From a phage: a DNA stretch of 64,000 nucleotides. Within the stretch, counting starts at the first letter, position 1. Each line of letters begins with the position of its first letter. The translations under genes and the position numbers were made by a program. Location of the stretch: assembly GCA_014161675.1 (NCBI GenBank), contig GCA_014161675.1_4760.1. One strand, given 5' to 3'. Below are positions 35,002 to 44,978 of this stretch, piece after piece. The notes under the pieces are model-generated. The model did not search any database, was not told the DNA's origin, and worked only from the letters and a program-made list of their open reading frames with translations.

Positions 35002-36216
35002 TTAAGCAGGATGCGTTTCACGAATGCGTAGAACTCGATCTAACGTCTCTCGGTCCAGTTTATGTAACTCTTTGGACTGATACATGAAACCATTGCGAGA
35101 TTCCATGCAAGTGCAATCACTATATTTTTCTTCCGCTGCCGCGATTGTCTCCAGATCTTTGGCGTACTTGCTGGTTGAATAAACTTCTCGGTTACGCCAC
35201 TCTAACCCAGCCTCATTGAATTTAACAATCTCGTCAAATACCCACCATCCAATGTAGATAAATGAAGTTTTGCGCCACGGGATCGGGTGTACGTAACGAA
35301 ACATTTTAACAACTTCCATTGAACATTTTCTACTTGTACTTGTTGCAACTTCTACTGTTTCATCTTCGATCTGTTGATATAGTTTAGCAACACACCAGAA
35401 TTTGGCTGTGTCATCGTAAGTAGCACTCTCTTTGAACAGATGACCGTCTGGAGTGATAGAAAATCCTTCCAGTGCTTCGCCAACCTCACTACCGATCAGA
35501 GTCGGTGACGGTTGCCCTTCGCGCTGCAAATACCAGTTATGTTTGATCGTCAATTCAGGCATACCGCTAGAATCGCCTACAATGTTCTCTGACACAACAT
35601 AATTAAGTAAGATCTCATTACCTAGTGCCACGGTCTTTGATTCCACCACATCCTGATCTACGTTCATTGTTGCCAGCATGATTTTAGTCGATGCGCTAGC
35701 GGCTGAATCTTCCGACTCACCCCACACTTTTACAGTATACACGCCGTTTTTATCTGCTGTAAATTCTTGGATCGTAATATCCTTTTTTGTGTCTATAACG
35801 TCATCGCCCTTACTCCAACTATAATGTAGTTCATAGTTGTCTGATGGAGTCTTCCCACCCGAAAATTTTACTGTTGCATGTAATTCTACGTTTGTTTGTG
35901 ATGATACGTAGAAATGCTGCGGTTCGGTGATATTTACGATTAATTCAGCTTCTTCCATGAGGAAAACTTCAGATTCTACTGATGTCATCGTATCGGTATC
36001 CTGTACCGTTACTTTATAGCTACCCGCATTTTCACTTGTTGCGTCTGCTACAGTTAGCGTAGCTGTGCTATTTTCATGCGGTTGGTCGTCTTTTGTCCAT
36101 GTATATGTCAAATTGCTGGGTAATGGTTCGTCACCCGCTACAGTCGCCGTTAAGGTGAAACCATCTCCAGCAAGAAAACATCTTTTGTCAGATTTAATTG
36201 ATACTGTGAAAGTCAT
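35002..36216 (-). CDS. hoc: Hoc highly immunogenic outer capsid protein
   Basis: 'MTFTVSI' start; Ig-like repeats ('LTYTWTKDDQ', 'YSWSKGDD'); C-terminal 'YVHPIPWRKTSFIYIGWWVFDEI' and 'ESRNGF' match T4 Hoc. Confidence 0.8.
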   Translation of the reverse strand: MTFTVSIKSDKRCFLAGDGFTLTATVAGDEPLPSNLTYTWTKDDQPHENSTATLTVADATSENAGSYKVTVQDTDTMTSVESEVFLMEEAELIVNITEPQHFYVSSQTNVELHATVKFSGGKTPSDNYELHYSWSKGDDVIDTKKDITIQEFTADKNGVYTVKVWGESEDSAASASTKIMLATMNVDQDVVESKTVALGNEILLNYVVSENIVGDSSGMPELTIKHNWYLQREGQPSPTLIGSEVGEALEGFSITPDGHLFKESATYDDTAKFWCVAKLYQQIEDETVEVATSTSRKCSMEVVKMFRYVHPIPWRKTSFIYIGWWVFDEIVKFNEAGLEWRNREVYSTSKYAKDLETIAAAEEKYSDCTCMESRNGFMYQSKELHKLDRETLDRVLRIRETHPA

Positions 36217-36385
36217 ATAAAGCCACTCCCATAGAAAATCCGAATTTAATTAATTGAAATAGTTGATTGCCATCAACCAGATAACCATTGCGAGATTCCA
36301 ATACATGAGTATTAGAATAGTGATGCAACGAGGCCGAAATAGTATCGATCTCGTCTGGGTATTTGTTCTGTTTGATGTAATACAT
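36194..36385 (-). CDS. small ORF resembling the Hoc C-terminal tail (possible fragment)
   Basis: 63 aa; 'KYPDEID...ESRNGYLVDGNQ' parallels T4 Hoc 'DYPEVDVQESRNGYIIHK'; overlaps hoc start by 23 nt. Confidence 0.3.
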   Translation of the reverse strand: MYYIKQNKYPDEIDTISASLHHYSNTHVLESRNGYLVDGNQLFQLIKFGFSMGVALYDFHSIN

Positions 36386-36481
36386 TGATTTTGTTAGACA
36401 TGTAGTATCCTCTTTTTAATTGCATAACGGAACTACAATTAAAATTATAACAAATATTTCACAACTTTTATCACCCAAAAA

Positions 36482-37207
36482 TTACTTGAGTGTGTGGAAT
36501 TGGCTGTGTTTAGTCTCTCGCACCTTGACAGACCCATCGCGTTTGATATAATAGATCAGTGACTTGAGGGTGTCGTGTACATACGCGTGCGGGAAACGCT
36601 CTGGATACTTCTTCCAATCTGGAGTATTAACGATCCAGTCGAAAATCCACCACGGGCAGGAGTAGTAACCACGACCGCCACCGATCAAGCAAATGGTCGG
36701 ACGGAAGCCAGTAAGATCGCAAAATGAATCAGTGTCATGTGCTGGGGAACGATGCTCTGCTTCGTTAGAGAAAATGTTGGCTACCGGAGATTCCACTTTA
36801 ACTTCCGGTGCTTCTTCAACATCTGACTTAACTTCTTCGACCACTGGTTCAACTGCCGGAGATTCTTCTTTTGTTTCTTCAATGACGATCTCAGGTTCTT
36901 TCATTGCTTCAACCAGAGACGGATCAACTTCGTCGAATACCACTTTATCATCTGCGGTGTCTGCTGCCAGAATAAGATCGTTAATACTGGTTCCTTCTGC
37001 CGGAGTTTCTTCTTCCATTTCGGAAGCCAGTTTAGTTAATTCTGTTTCTACGAACTCGATCATGTTCTCTAGCGAGAGCGTCTTTTTGACCTTTATATCA
37101 AATTGTTTTGCGTAGTCCGCTAATTCTGTTTTAGCGGCTTTCTGTGATTCTTTGTCGTCGGACGCCGCAATAGCGCGGAGTTCTTCGAAATATTCTTTAT
37201 CAAACAT
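36482..37207 (-). CDS. inh: Inh-like protein with Hoc-type C-terminal domain
   Basis: Acidic middle region; C-terminal 'CPWWIFDWIVNTPDWKKYPE' parallels Hoc 'GWWVFDEI'; sits at the T4 inh position next to hoc. Confidence 0.45.
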   Translation of the reverse strand: MFDKEYFEELRAIAASDDKESQKAAKTELADYAKQFDIKVKKTLSLENMIEFVETELTKLASEMEEETPAEGTSINDLILAADTADDKVVFDEVDPSLVEAMKEPEIVIEETKEESPAVEPVVEEVKSDVEEAPEVKVESPVANIFSNEAEHRSPAHDTDSFCDLTGFRPTICLIGGGRGYYSCPWWIFDWIVNTPDWKKYPERFPHAYVHDTLKSLIYYIKRDGSVKVRETKHSQFHTLK

Positions 37208-37234
37208 GTTATTCTCCTGATTGGGGGGTGTTTG

Positions 37235-37242
37235 TATAAATA
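37235..37242 (+). promoter_or_regulatory. T4-type late promoter (TATAAATA) for uvsW
   Basis: Exact TATAAATA about 37 nt before uvsW ATG 37279. Confidence 0.5.
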
Positions 37243-37278
37243 TTTGTATACTGTATTTATTGAGTGAGGCTATTCGCT

Positions 37279-38781
37279 ATGCAAGATATTAAAATTCACT
37301 TTCTGAACTACTCCCATGTTCAAATTGAATGTAGCGATTCAATTTTATTAGAAATGCGAGATTATTTTAGTTTTGAAGTCGAGGGAGCGCGGTTTCAAAA
37401 AAGATTTAAGTATGGTGGATGGGATGGGCGTATTCGTCTTTTAGATTACAACGGAAAGCTGCCAATCGGCCTAACTAAAACCGTGGGAATCTTCGCTAAA
37501 AATATGGGCTATAGCGTATGGGTAGATCCTCGCTTATTCGAAAAAGAACAAGTTACAGAAGAAGAAATTACAAAATGGTGTAATGACTTAGAATTATATT
37601 CCGGTGCTAACAGGATCACCCCGCATTGGTATCAATCAAAGGCCGTCTTTGAAGGTATTCATCATAAACGCCGTATGTTAGTTTTGCCTACGTCCGCTGG
37701 TAAATCTGCGATTGCTTGTATGTTGTCTCGTTGGTACTTAGAGAACTACGAAGGGAAAGTGTTGATCATCGTTCCTACCACGTCGCTAGTGCTGCAAATG
37801 CGTGATGACTTTGTTGATTATCGCCAGTTTCCTTATGAAGCAATTCATACTATCATGAGCGGTACTAGTAAACACGTAGGTGATCGCCTGATCGTTGTTA
37901 GTACGTGGCAATCTGCATGTAAACAACCTCGTGAGTGGTTCCAACAATTCGGGATGGTTATTGTTGACGAATGTCATAAAGCCACTGCTAAAAACCTGCT
38001 AAACATCGTTACTGATATGGATCATTGCCAATTTAAGATCGGCATGACTGGTTCCCCTCGTGACGGGAAAGCTAACATGATGCAGTATGTCGGGCTTTTC
38101 GGTGATATTTCTAAGATCGTGAGTATTGACCGCCTGATGGAAGAAGGCCAGGTGACAAAACTGAAAATTAACTGTCTTTTCCTTCGTTATACCGATGAGG
38201 AATGTAGCGCGGTTAAGGGGCGAGAATATGCGGAAGAGATCAAGTATATTACGTCTAACCCACGACGAAATAAGTTTGCTTGTAATTTGGCGCTAAAACT
38301 CGCTAAGAAGGGCGAAAACGTATTCCTGATGTTCCGCAATACTAAGCACGGAAAACTTATGTATGACGCGTTACAGAAGGTACACGACAAGGTTTATTAT
38401 ATTGACGGTGGAGTTAAGACAGAAGAACGTGATGAATTTAAGAAAATGGCGGAGGGTGACACCGGGATCATTTGTGTTGCGTCTTATGGTGTGTTCTCTA
38501 CTGGTGTTTCAATTAAGAATTTGCACCATGTTATTTTCGGTCATCCAGTGAAGGAATCAACTATCGTTCGTCAGAGTATCGGTCGTGCATTGCGCAAACA
38601 TGGTTCTAAGGATATTGCAACGGTCTGGGATCTTATAGATCATCTGGCGGTGAAGACAAAGAGCAAGAATGCTAAGAAACAGTTTAGTCACCTTAATTAT
38701 GCTCTTAAACATGCCCTTGAAAGAATAAAAATTTACAACACCGACCGATTTGAATATGTCACGAAAACCATCGAGATTTAA
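37279..38781 (+). CDS. uvsW: UvsW DNA/RNA helicase
   Basis: Collinear with T4 UvsW ('WDGRIRLLDYN', 'LPTSAGKS', 'IIVPTT', 'DECH', 'TIGRALRKHGSKDIATVWDLID'); ORF-track start 37264 is GTG. Confidence 0.85.
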   Translation: MQDIKIHFLNYSHVQIECSDSILLEMRDYFSFEVEGARFQKRFKYGGWDGRIRLLDYNGKLPIGLTKTVGIFAKNMGYSVWVDPRLFEKEQVTEEEITKWCNDLELYSGANRITPHWYQSKAVFEGIHHKRRMLVLPTSAGKSAIACMLSRWYLENYEGKVLIIVPTTSLVLQMRDDFVDYRQFPYEAIHTIMSGTSKHVGDRLIVVSTWQSACKQPREWFQQFGMVIVDECHKATAKNLLNIVTDMDHCQFKIGMTGSPRDGKANMMQYVGLFGDISKIVSIDRLMEEGQVTKLKINCLFLRYTDEECSAVKGREYAEEIKYITSNPRRNKFACNLALKLAKKGENVFLMFRNTKHGKLMYDALQKVHDKVYYIDGGVKTEERDEFKKMAEGDTGIICVASYGVFSTGVSIKNLHHVIFGHPVKESTIVRQSIGRALRKHGSKDIATVWDLIDHLAVKTKSKNAKKQFSHLNYALKHALERIKIYNTDRFEYVTKTIEI

Positions 38782-38810
38782 TAAATAGGGGCTTTAATGC
38801 CCCTTTATTC
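38782..38810 (+). terminator. Hairpin after uvsW
   Basis: AGGGGC-tttaat-GCCCCT followed by TTTATT. Confidence 0.4.
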
Positions 38811-38824
38811 TACGGAGATTAAAA

Positions 38825-39061
38825 ATGATTAGCTTTAAACGTTTTTTGGTTGAGGCCGCTATTGACGGTTTCATGCGTAAGATTTATTCTTGTAATACTA
38901 TCGAGGGATTAAATGAACTTGAGGCATATTATGAGAAGCGCAAGAAAGAAACAGAATTGAAACCTGCTGATGATATTTCGATCCGTGATGCCATCGCTGG
39001 ACGCCGTAAGCAACTGGAAGCGGACAACGAGCCGGAAGAGGAGCCGGAAGAGGATTTTTAA
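38825..39061 (+). CDS. uvsW.1: UvsW.1-like small protein
   Basis: 78 aa directly after uvsW (T4 uvsW.1 similar size); acidic C-terminus. Confidence 0.5.
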   Translation: MISFKRFLVEAAIDGFMRKIYSCNTIEGLNELEAYYEKRKKETELKPADDISIRDAIAGRRKQLEADNEPEEEPEEDF

Positions 39062-39068
39062 GATATAA

Positions 39069-39092
39069 AAAAGCCCCATCATTGATGGGGCA
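39069..39092. terminator. Bidirectional terminator hairpin
   Basis: AAAAAGCCCCATCA-ttga-TGGGGCAAAA between convergent uvsW.1 and the uvsY cluster. Confidence 0.5.
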
Positions 39093-39124
39093 AAATAAAC
39101 CAATTAAAATCGGTTATCAACAAA

Positions 39125-39301
39125 TTACATTAACAGCATTGTTTGCTCTACGAGTTGTTCTTGTTCTTCGCCGTTCGCATCTTCACTAATCGAACGTTCT
39201 GTTACTAGCTGTAAGCAGTAGCCAGTGTGAACAACGCCGTTTTCTGTCTGGACGGATAACGCATCCTCGACAGGTTGTTTACAACAAATACAGATTTTCA
39301 T
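39125..39301 (-). CDS. small Cys-containing protein (58 aa)
   Basis: AGGAGG RBS then ATG at 39301; 'MKICICCKQ...'; below the ORF-track cutoff; downstream of uvsY. Confidence 0.35.
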   Translation of the reverse strand: MKICICCKQPVEDALSVQTENGVVHTGYCLQLVTERSISEDANGEEQEQLVEQTMLLM

Positions 39302-39322
39302 AAAAATTCCTCCTGCATGTAT

Positions 39323-39730
39323 TTAGCGACCAGATTCCAGCATACGCAATTCTATAGCATTCTTGATCGCAAAGCCACGAGATTTAACGATATCAAGTGC
39401 GCGACCAGCAAAATCCATTACCATCTGGTAATATGCAATTTTCGTATCAAGCGGTAAGATCTCGTCGTCTGCTGCCATGACAACTTTCAATTCTGATTTC
39501 TCATATTCAGCACGACACCAGTCATCACTACGGTTAGTGTAAAAATCAAGACGATTTTTCATAGCCTTTTTCTTTTTAGCCTCAAGAGCAATCGTCTCTC
39601 TTTTCGCCTCGCTGTAAATCCTTAACCACTTTGAGTATACTACCGGATTATTCAGCGCCTCCCATTGCAACTTAGTCGCATCGATCTTCATGTCAGCTTC
39701 TAATTGTTCTTTCAAATCGTTTAGGTCCAT
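39323..39730 (-). CDS. uvsY: UvsY recombination mediator
   Basis: 135 aa; 'YSKWL', 'YEKSELK', 'IVKSRGFAIKNAIELR' match T4 UvsY. Confidence 0.8.
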   Translation of the reverse strand: MDLNDLKEQLEADMKIDATKLQWEALNNPVVYSKWLRIYSEAKRETIALEAKKKKAMKNRLDFYTNRSDDWCRAEYEKSELKVVMAADDEILPLDTKIAYYQMVMDFAGRALDIVKSRGFAIKNAIELRMLESGR

Positions 39731-39777
39731 AATATCCCCTTATTCACACTAAGACCTATATCATATCACACACAAAA

Positions 39778-40164
39778 TCACTTTGCAAGTCTTATGCGTA
39801 GTTGTTCAAGATCATCTGGGTTATCTATTACTGAAAAGTAGATTGATACTATGATTGAGTTATCGTCGTACTGCGGAGTTACTTCTACTGTCAGGTTTCG
39901 GACCCGTGGTTCATAGTTTCGGATCGCCTCATTGATGTTTTTTGATAAGGTATCCACCGTCAGTGGGTTCATGTTCTCAAACAAAGATTTATTGAGATCG
40001 CATCCAAACAGTGGATCAAATGGACGAGATCCCTTGCGAGTAGTCACGATCAGTAGAATAGAATCCTTAACCGCTTTAATCCCTATGTTCTTTTTAACGT
40101 CGTTATTCCACGATCTGGATATATTGAGATCCAAATCAGTATACATCTGATTAATAGTTGCCAT
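39778..40164 (-). CDS. 25: gp25 baseplate wedge protein
   Basis: 'TTRKGSRPFDPLFGCDL', 'IRNYEPR', 'FSVIDNPDDLEQ' match T4 gp25; ATG at 40164 preferred over TTG at 40176. Confidence 0.8.
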   Translation of the reverse strand: MATINQMYTDLDLNISRSWNNDVKKNIGIKAVKDSILLIVTTRKGSRPFDPLFGCDLNKSLFENMNPLTVDTLSKNINEAIRNYEPRVRNLTVEVTPQYDDNSIIVSIYFSVIDNPDDLEQLRIRLAK

Positions 40165-40172
40165 GTTATACC

Positions 40173-40802
40173 TCAAAGAATTTTAAGGAAACTGGATAGA
40201 CCTGATAATGAATATACACCAGATTCCCCGCATTCGCACTTGATCGGTACTGCCAGCGTGATTTGATTTCTTGTTAGCTCGTCGATCACTTCTTCCACTT
40301 TATCCGTGGTAAGCATATCCAGCACGCGGTCAAAGTCCTGTGCGTTCAGGTCGTCTATATTGAATTGCTGATCGCCGATCACGATATATTCGATACATGC
40401 AATTACCATCTGCATAATATCAACATCTTCTGTAAACTTAGGTTGACGAAACTTGATTTTTACTTGTCCTAAGTCTAGAATATATGGTTCAACTTCTGGT
40501 ATCTGTGTGCGTGAAACATCAAGAGAGTATACTTTCTCTTTATTGCATACACCACACACCCAAGTAGCATCAATTTTCATCTTATTGAGGCTGTGACACC
40601 ATAAGAGAAGAAAAATATATTCTGCTTCGCATTTCTCTAGCTCTAATGCATTGATCCCCGTACATTCATGTATGATCTCTATAACAACCTCTGACAGCTT
40701 GCCAGTCTCTTTTGCTGCTACCAGTTTTTGAAATTCGCCGAAGGTGAAAGCACGGGCGTGTATCAACTTTTCGCCTAATTGGATCTTGAAAAAGTATTGC
40801 AT
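40173..40802 (-). CDS. 26: gp26 baseplate hub protein
   Basis: 209 aa (T4 208); 'MQYFF' start; synteny. Confidence 0.7.
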   Translation of the reverse strand: MQYFFKIQLGEKLIHARAFTFGEFQKLVAAKETGKLSEVVIEIIHECTGINALELEKCEAEYIFLLLWCHSLNKMKIDATWVCGVCNKEKVYSLDVSRTQIPEVEPYILDLGQVKIKFRQPKFTEDVDIMQMVIACIEYIVIGDQQFNIDDLNAQDFDRVLDMLTTDKVEEVIDELTRNQITLAVPIKCECGESGVYSLSGLSSFLKIL

Positions 40803-40872
40803 AATAAAACACCCTTTATAAACACATAGAATTATTTAGTATTTTATAAATACCCGAAAGGGGGATTATACC

Positions 40873-41643
40873 ATGAATATTATCCGAATAAAACTACCGG
40901 AAGGTGTGCAGAGATTTAAACCATTCACGGTAAAAGATTATAGAGATTTCCTTCTGGTGTCAACTGAAATTAAGATGAATCCAGAAGAAGAACAAACGAT
41001 TCTTGATGAGCTATTAGAAGAAATATATCCAGACGTAGATCCGGCATTTCGTGAATATATTTTCCTGAATGTCTTTACTAGTTCAATTGGTAAAACTAAG
41101 ATACCGCTTTGTTTTACTTGCCCGACTTGCAACAAAGAAAGAAGAATGTTGCTTAACTTACAGGTTGAAGCACTAAAACCAATCGTTCTAGAGGCCGCAG
41201 GGCTTAAAATAACTTTCCGGTATGTTAAACCATCAACCGACTATGCAAAAACGTTTCTGGATGCGATAGAGCGTGTATCTGATGGTATTAATGACTATCT
41301 ATGGACTGAATTGCCGGAAGAAGTTAGAGAACAGGTTATCGATTCAATCTCATTTTCTGAATTTGAAGAAGTTGTTAAGCAGATGCACACAATCAAGATC
41401 GAACAAAAGATATCTTGTTGTGAGAGTCATGACCTGAAATACATAGGTCTTCTTCCATTATTCAAATTGTTGTTGAATCCAGATGAGTTATTCATCTTTT
41501 ATCGAATAAACCATCTATTGGCAAAATCAAATTATTCTATCAGTGATCTTATGGACATGTTACCCGTCGAGAGAAACATTGCACTGACACTGGTCGAGAA
41601 AGACGTAAAAGAGGCAAACAATGCAAAGAACGGGGTTTCCTAA
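40873..41643 (+). CDS. 51: gp51 baseplate hub assembly protein
   Basis: 256 aa (T4 249); synteny 26-51-27. Confidence 0.65.
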   Translation: MNIIRIKLPEGVQRFKPFTVKDYRDFLLVSTEIKMNPEEEQTILDELLEEIYPDVDPAFREYIFLNVFTSSIGKTKIPLCFTCPTCNKERRMLLNLQVEALKPIVLEAAGLKITFRYVKPSTDYAKTFLDAIERVSDGINDYLWTELPEEVREQVIDSISFSEFEEVVKQMHTIKIEQKISCCESHDLKYIGLLPLFKLLLNPDELFIFYRINHLLAKSNYSISDLMDMLPVERNIALTLVEKDVKEANNAKNGVS

Positions 41644-42730
41644 TGTCTCAATAAAACTTTATCAGGATTATGAGGCATTTCTAAATCATCGCTTTATAGA
41701 ATTGGGTGCTACCTTTGTTACAATGACTCTGCGTGATTCGATTCGTGGGGTGAACGAAGGATTGTTGCAATTCTATGATAATAAGGCGATGCATACAAAA
41801 TTAAACGGGAGAGAGATCATTCAGATTTCGCTATCCACTGCTAATACAGATGAAGTGTTTAACCGAATCTATGGGATCTCTCATAGTAATGTAACAATTG
41901 ACCAAAAATCCGACAACATTTTAACATTCCAGTTAAAGAGCTATCACGAATCATTAAACCTTAAATTTTCTCGCTCATTGACAAATAACGCGGTTAATAA
42001 CGTAACTAGCATGATTGATGCCATCTATAAGGAAGTTCCTTTATGGAAACCTACTATAAAGGGTGATAACGTTGTTATTCCTCGTTGTCCGTGGGTTAGT
42101 ACCATAAATGACTATATGGATTTTGTGAGGGCATACGGGCAAAGCGTAGAAACCGAGTCTTTCGTGTATTGCTGGGAAGATTTTGATGGTATAACGATCG
42201 CTGGACACGATACAATATTAAAAAATGAGCCAATACCAGCTATAATCTGTGAGCCTAGACTCATGGGGCAGTTTATTGATATGTCGCCTAATCTGATGGT
42301 TTTTAATTTCGAGTGGCAGACTAAGAGCAATGCTAAAGTTAAAAATTCATTTAGCAATGTGACATACACAACTATTGATTTTGTTACTAAGCAGTATAAT
42401 AAAATTATTGTTGGTAATGGGGATAACATTGCACACTTTGCTCATGGTGGCGCTTATGGCGATTTAACTTATAAGAATGCGTTTTTGGAAGGTTCTAAAC
42501 TTGCCACAATAGAACAATATGATTCATATGCTACCGCCGTGTGTCACGGTAATTTTTCGTTGCGCCCCGGTATGGTTATTCGATTCTTTGATGAGAAGCA
42601 ACAAGCACGCAATGATTTTATTGTTGACGAAGTTGTGCATGAAATTAGCCGAGAGCAATCATTAACTCACCTGTATATGATCGGTAACAGCGAAGAATTG
42701 CAGGAAGTCAAATTTGAAGGTAAGATATAA
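41621..42730 (+). CDS. 27: gp27 baseplate hub protein
   Basis: 369 aa (T4 391); synteny. Confidence 0.7.
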   Translation: MQRTGFPNVSIKLYQDYEAFLNHRFIELGATFVTMTLRDSIRGVNEGLLQFYDNKAMHTKLNGREIIQISLSTANTDEVFNRIYGISHSNVTIDQKSDNILTFQLKSYHESLNLKFSRSLTNNAVNNVTSMIDAIYKEVPLWKPTIKGDNVVIPRCPWVSTINDYMDFVRAYGQSVETESFVYCWEDFDGITIAGHDTILKNEPIPAIICEPRLMGQFIDMSPNLMVFNFEWQTKSNAKVKNSFSNVTYTTIDFVTKQYNKIIVGNGDNIAHFAHGGAYGDLTYKNAFLEGSKLATIEQYDSYATAVCHGNFSLRPGMVIRFFDEKQQARNDFIVDEVVHEISREQSLTHLYMIGNSEELQEVKFEGKI

Positions 42731-43248
42731 TGACAGAAACTAAACCTATGTTAAAATTTGTTGTTCCTGTAAAAAAATTAGAGATAAACGGGAAACATAT
42801 CAAGATCCCAAAAATGGGGATTAAGCAACATCGATTATTAAAAGATGTTCGTAGCTGTGATGAAACATTAAAGATTCTTCTTGATTCAATCTGTCCTGGG
42901 TTAAACGCTGCCGAGTCTGAATTGGTTATGCTTAACCTTTGTGCGTTTAATGGTAAGTGTCTGGAAGAAAAAGATGGTCTTAAGCTGTCTGATGTGTATA
43001 TTTGTACAGAGACTGAATTTACTTTAAATGGTAAAGTCTTTAAATTTAAAAATCCAATGTATACTTCTGACCCCATTATCGATGACGCTGATTTCTTGAG
43101 TCATCATTATCACGATCCTAGTGTAGACTTCCATGATTTCCCAGCTTTTATTATGGATTGGGCTACAGGATTAAGAAAAACTATTGCACTGGATACACCG
43201 GAAGGTACTATCTATGGTGGAATTAACATATTGGATCGCCTATCATGA
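42730..43248 (+). CDS. 28: gp28 baseplate hub distal subunit
   Basis: 172 aa (T4 177); synteny. Confidence 0.65.
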   Translation: MTETKPMLKFVVPVKKLEINGKHIKIPKMGIKQHRLLKDVRSCDETLKILLDSICPGLNAAESELVMLNLCAFNGKCLEEKDGLKLSDVYICTETEFTLNGKVFKFKNPMYTSDPIIDDADFLSHHYHDPSVDFHDFPAFIMDWATGLRKTIALDTPEGTIYGGINILDRLS

Positions 43249-44978
43249 ATGACGCATTAACATCATTTCGCGGGATGCGCAAGGAAGCGGAAGAAACCCC
43301 GATTGATAAACTTAACAAATTAGATAAACTTGATTCTATTGATAATTTGCAAGCCGCTACCGAATTGGTGGCGGAGACAGTAGAACAAAAATCTAATGAA
43401 GTTGTTGGTGCGGTAGAGGATAACACCGCAGCCAATGAATTGACGGCAGAAAATACACAATCTACCGCTGGCAATACCCAAAAAACTTATGAAGAATTGC
43501 AAAAACTCAATAATTTCTCTTCTCAGATGAATGAGAAATTACGTGGTTTTGGTGTTATGATGGAACGTAGATTTGGTGTTGTCAGTAAAATGGCTAGCGG
43601 TATTGGTGCGATTGAAGAAGCACTGAAAAAACCGGAACAACCGCAAACAATGCCATCACCTCAGCCAGTTTTGCCTACTGTACCGGAACAGCCTAATAAT
43701 GACAACTATCAAGGTCTTCCAAAGAAAAAACCAGATGTTGAGGAACGGAAGAAAAAGAACGCCGCAGATAAGCGCAATGCGGATTCTATGGAAAATCTTC
43801 TTAAAGTTGTTCGTGGAGGATTTAAAGAAACCATAGGTATCTCTAATAAGGTCTTAGGGATGTTATTTAAGATCACCTTGACCGCTATGGCAGAAGCCGC
43901 AAAATGGGGCGCTATTTTGATGGGTATTGTTTTTGCCATTGATACCCTTATGATTCATTTCAGATATTGGAGTGATTTATTCGAAACAAAATTTGATGAA
44001 TTTATGGATAAGGCCGGAGAATGGGCTGGACCAATTAGCGATATCTTAACCACGATTCGTCAAGTTCGAGATTATTGGTCTAAAGGCGAATATGGAGAAT
44101 TAATTAAATCTCTTGTTATGGGTATTGGTGATGCATTCTATAAAACCTTTATCCAACTTGATCGAATTATCACTACTGGTATTGCTAAAATTCTTCGCAT
44201 GATCCCCGGTATGGGTGATTATGCCGATAAGTTAGAATACGGTGCTTTAAAGTCTGCTGTTGCTAAAGGCTATAAGCCAAATGAAAGAGAACTCGAATTA
44301 ATGGATAAGGTCGAGTCTGAACACGAAGAAGACAAATATGGAGAGCGCACAGGATGGACAGGAAAAGCCCGTGATATTGGCGAAGCTATTGGGGATTCTA
44401 TTAAGGATAAAGTTAACGAAGGTCTTGTTAGTCTGGGCTGGAGAGATCAAAAGGATGTTGACGCAGAGAAACGACAAGAAGAATTAAAACGCGGGGAATA
44501 CAAGTCTGTTTCTGCTGAACAACGATCTGCTAGTCGTAAACTTAAAATTAAAAGCGAGGGAGCGATCAATAATATTAATGAAGTTATGGAGAATTTGAGC
44601 GGTGACTATGACAAAGAAAGAATGGAAGAGTTGAAAAAGGATATTGATGTTTACCGTGAGCAAGTTCAAGATCCTACATTAGTTGAAAGTGATCGTTCTC
44701 AGTTAGAGCGTCTTATTGAAAAATTTGATGAGATGTATGCTGATAAAACTAAGGGTGTGGTTCCAACCAAACCTGTTCCTGCAACTGAAACGGAAACAGC
44801 AAAACAAGCGGAACGTACTGAACAAATGCAGAAACAAGCTGCAATCCAGCAACAAACGACAAATCAGACCTCAAACGTAAATAATACACAAATTGTAACA
44901 AACAATAGAACTATTAAACAGGGTGCACCAACAACTAGAATTGATGCCCCCGGTACAATTAATATGGGGAACTTTTAA
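43245..44978 (+). CDS. 29: gp29 tail length tape measure / baseplate hub protein
   Basis: 577 aa (T4 590); helical and charged; synteny. Confidence 0.7.
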   Translation: MNDALTSFRGMRKEAEETPIDKLNKLDKLDSIDNLQAATELVAETVEQKSNEVVGAVEDNTAANELTAENTQSTAGNTQKTYEELQKLNNFSSQMNEKLRGFGVMMERRFGVVSKMASGIGAIEEALKKPEQPQTMPSPQPVLPTVPEQPNNDNYQGLPKKKPDVEERKKKNAADKRNADSMENLLKVVRGGFKETIGISNKVLGMLFKITLTAMAEAAKWGAILMGIVFAIDTLMIHFRYWSDLFETKFDEFMDKAGEWAGPISDILTTIRQVRDYWSKGEYGELIKSLVMGIGDAFYKTFIQLDRIITTGIAKILRMIPGMGDYADKLEYGALKSAVAKGYKPNERELELMDKVESEHEEDKYGERTGWTGKARDIGEAIGDSIKDKVNEGLVSLGWRDQKDVDAEKRQEELKRGEYKSVSAEQRSASRKLKIKSEGAINNINEVMENLSGDYDKERMEELKKDIDVYREQVQDPTLVESDRSQLERLIEKFDEMYADKTKGVVPTKPVPATETETAKQAERTEQMQKQAAIQQQTTNQTSNVNNTQIVTNNRTIKQGAPTTRIDAPGTINMGNF

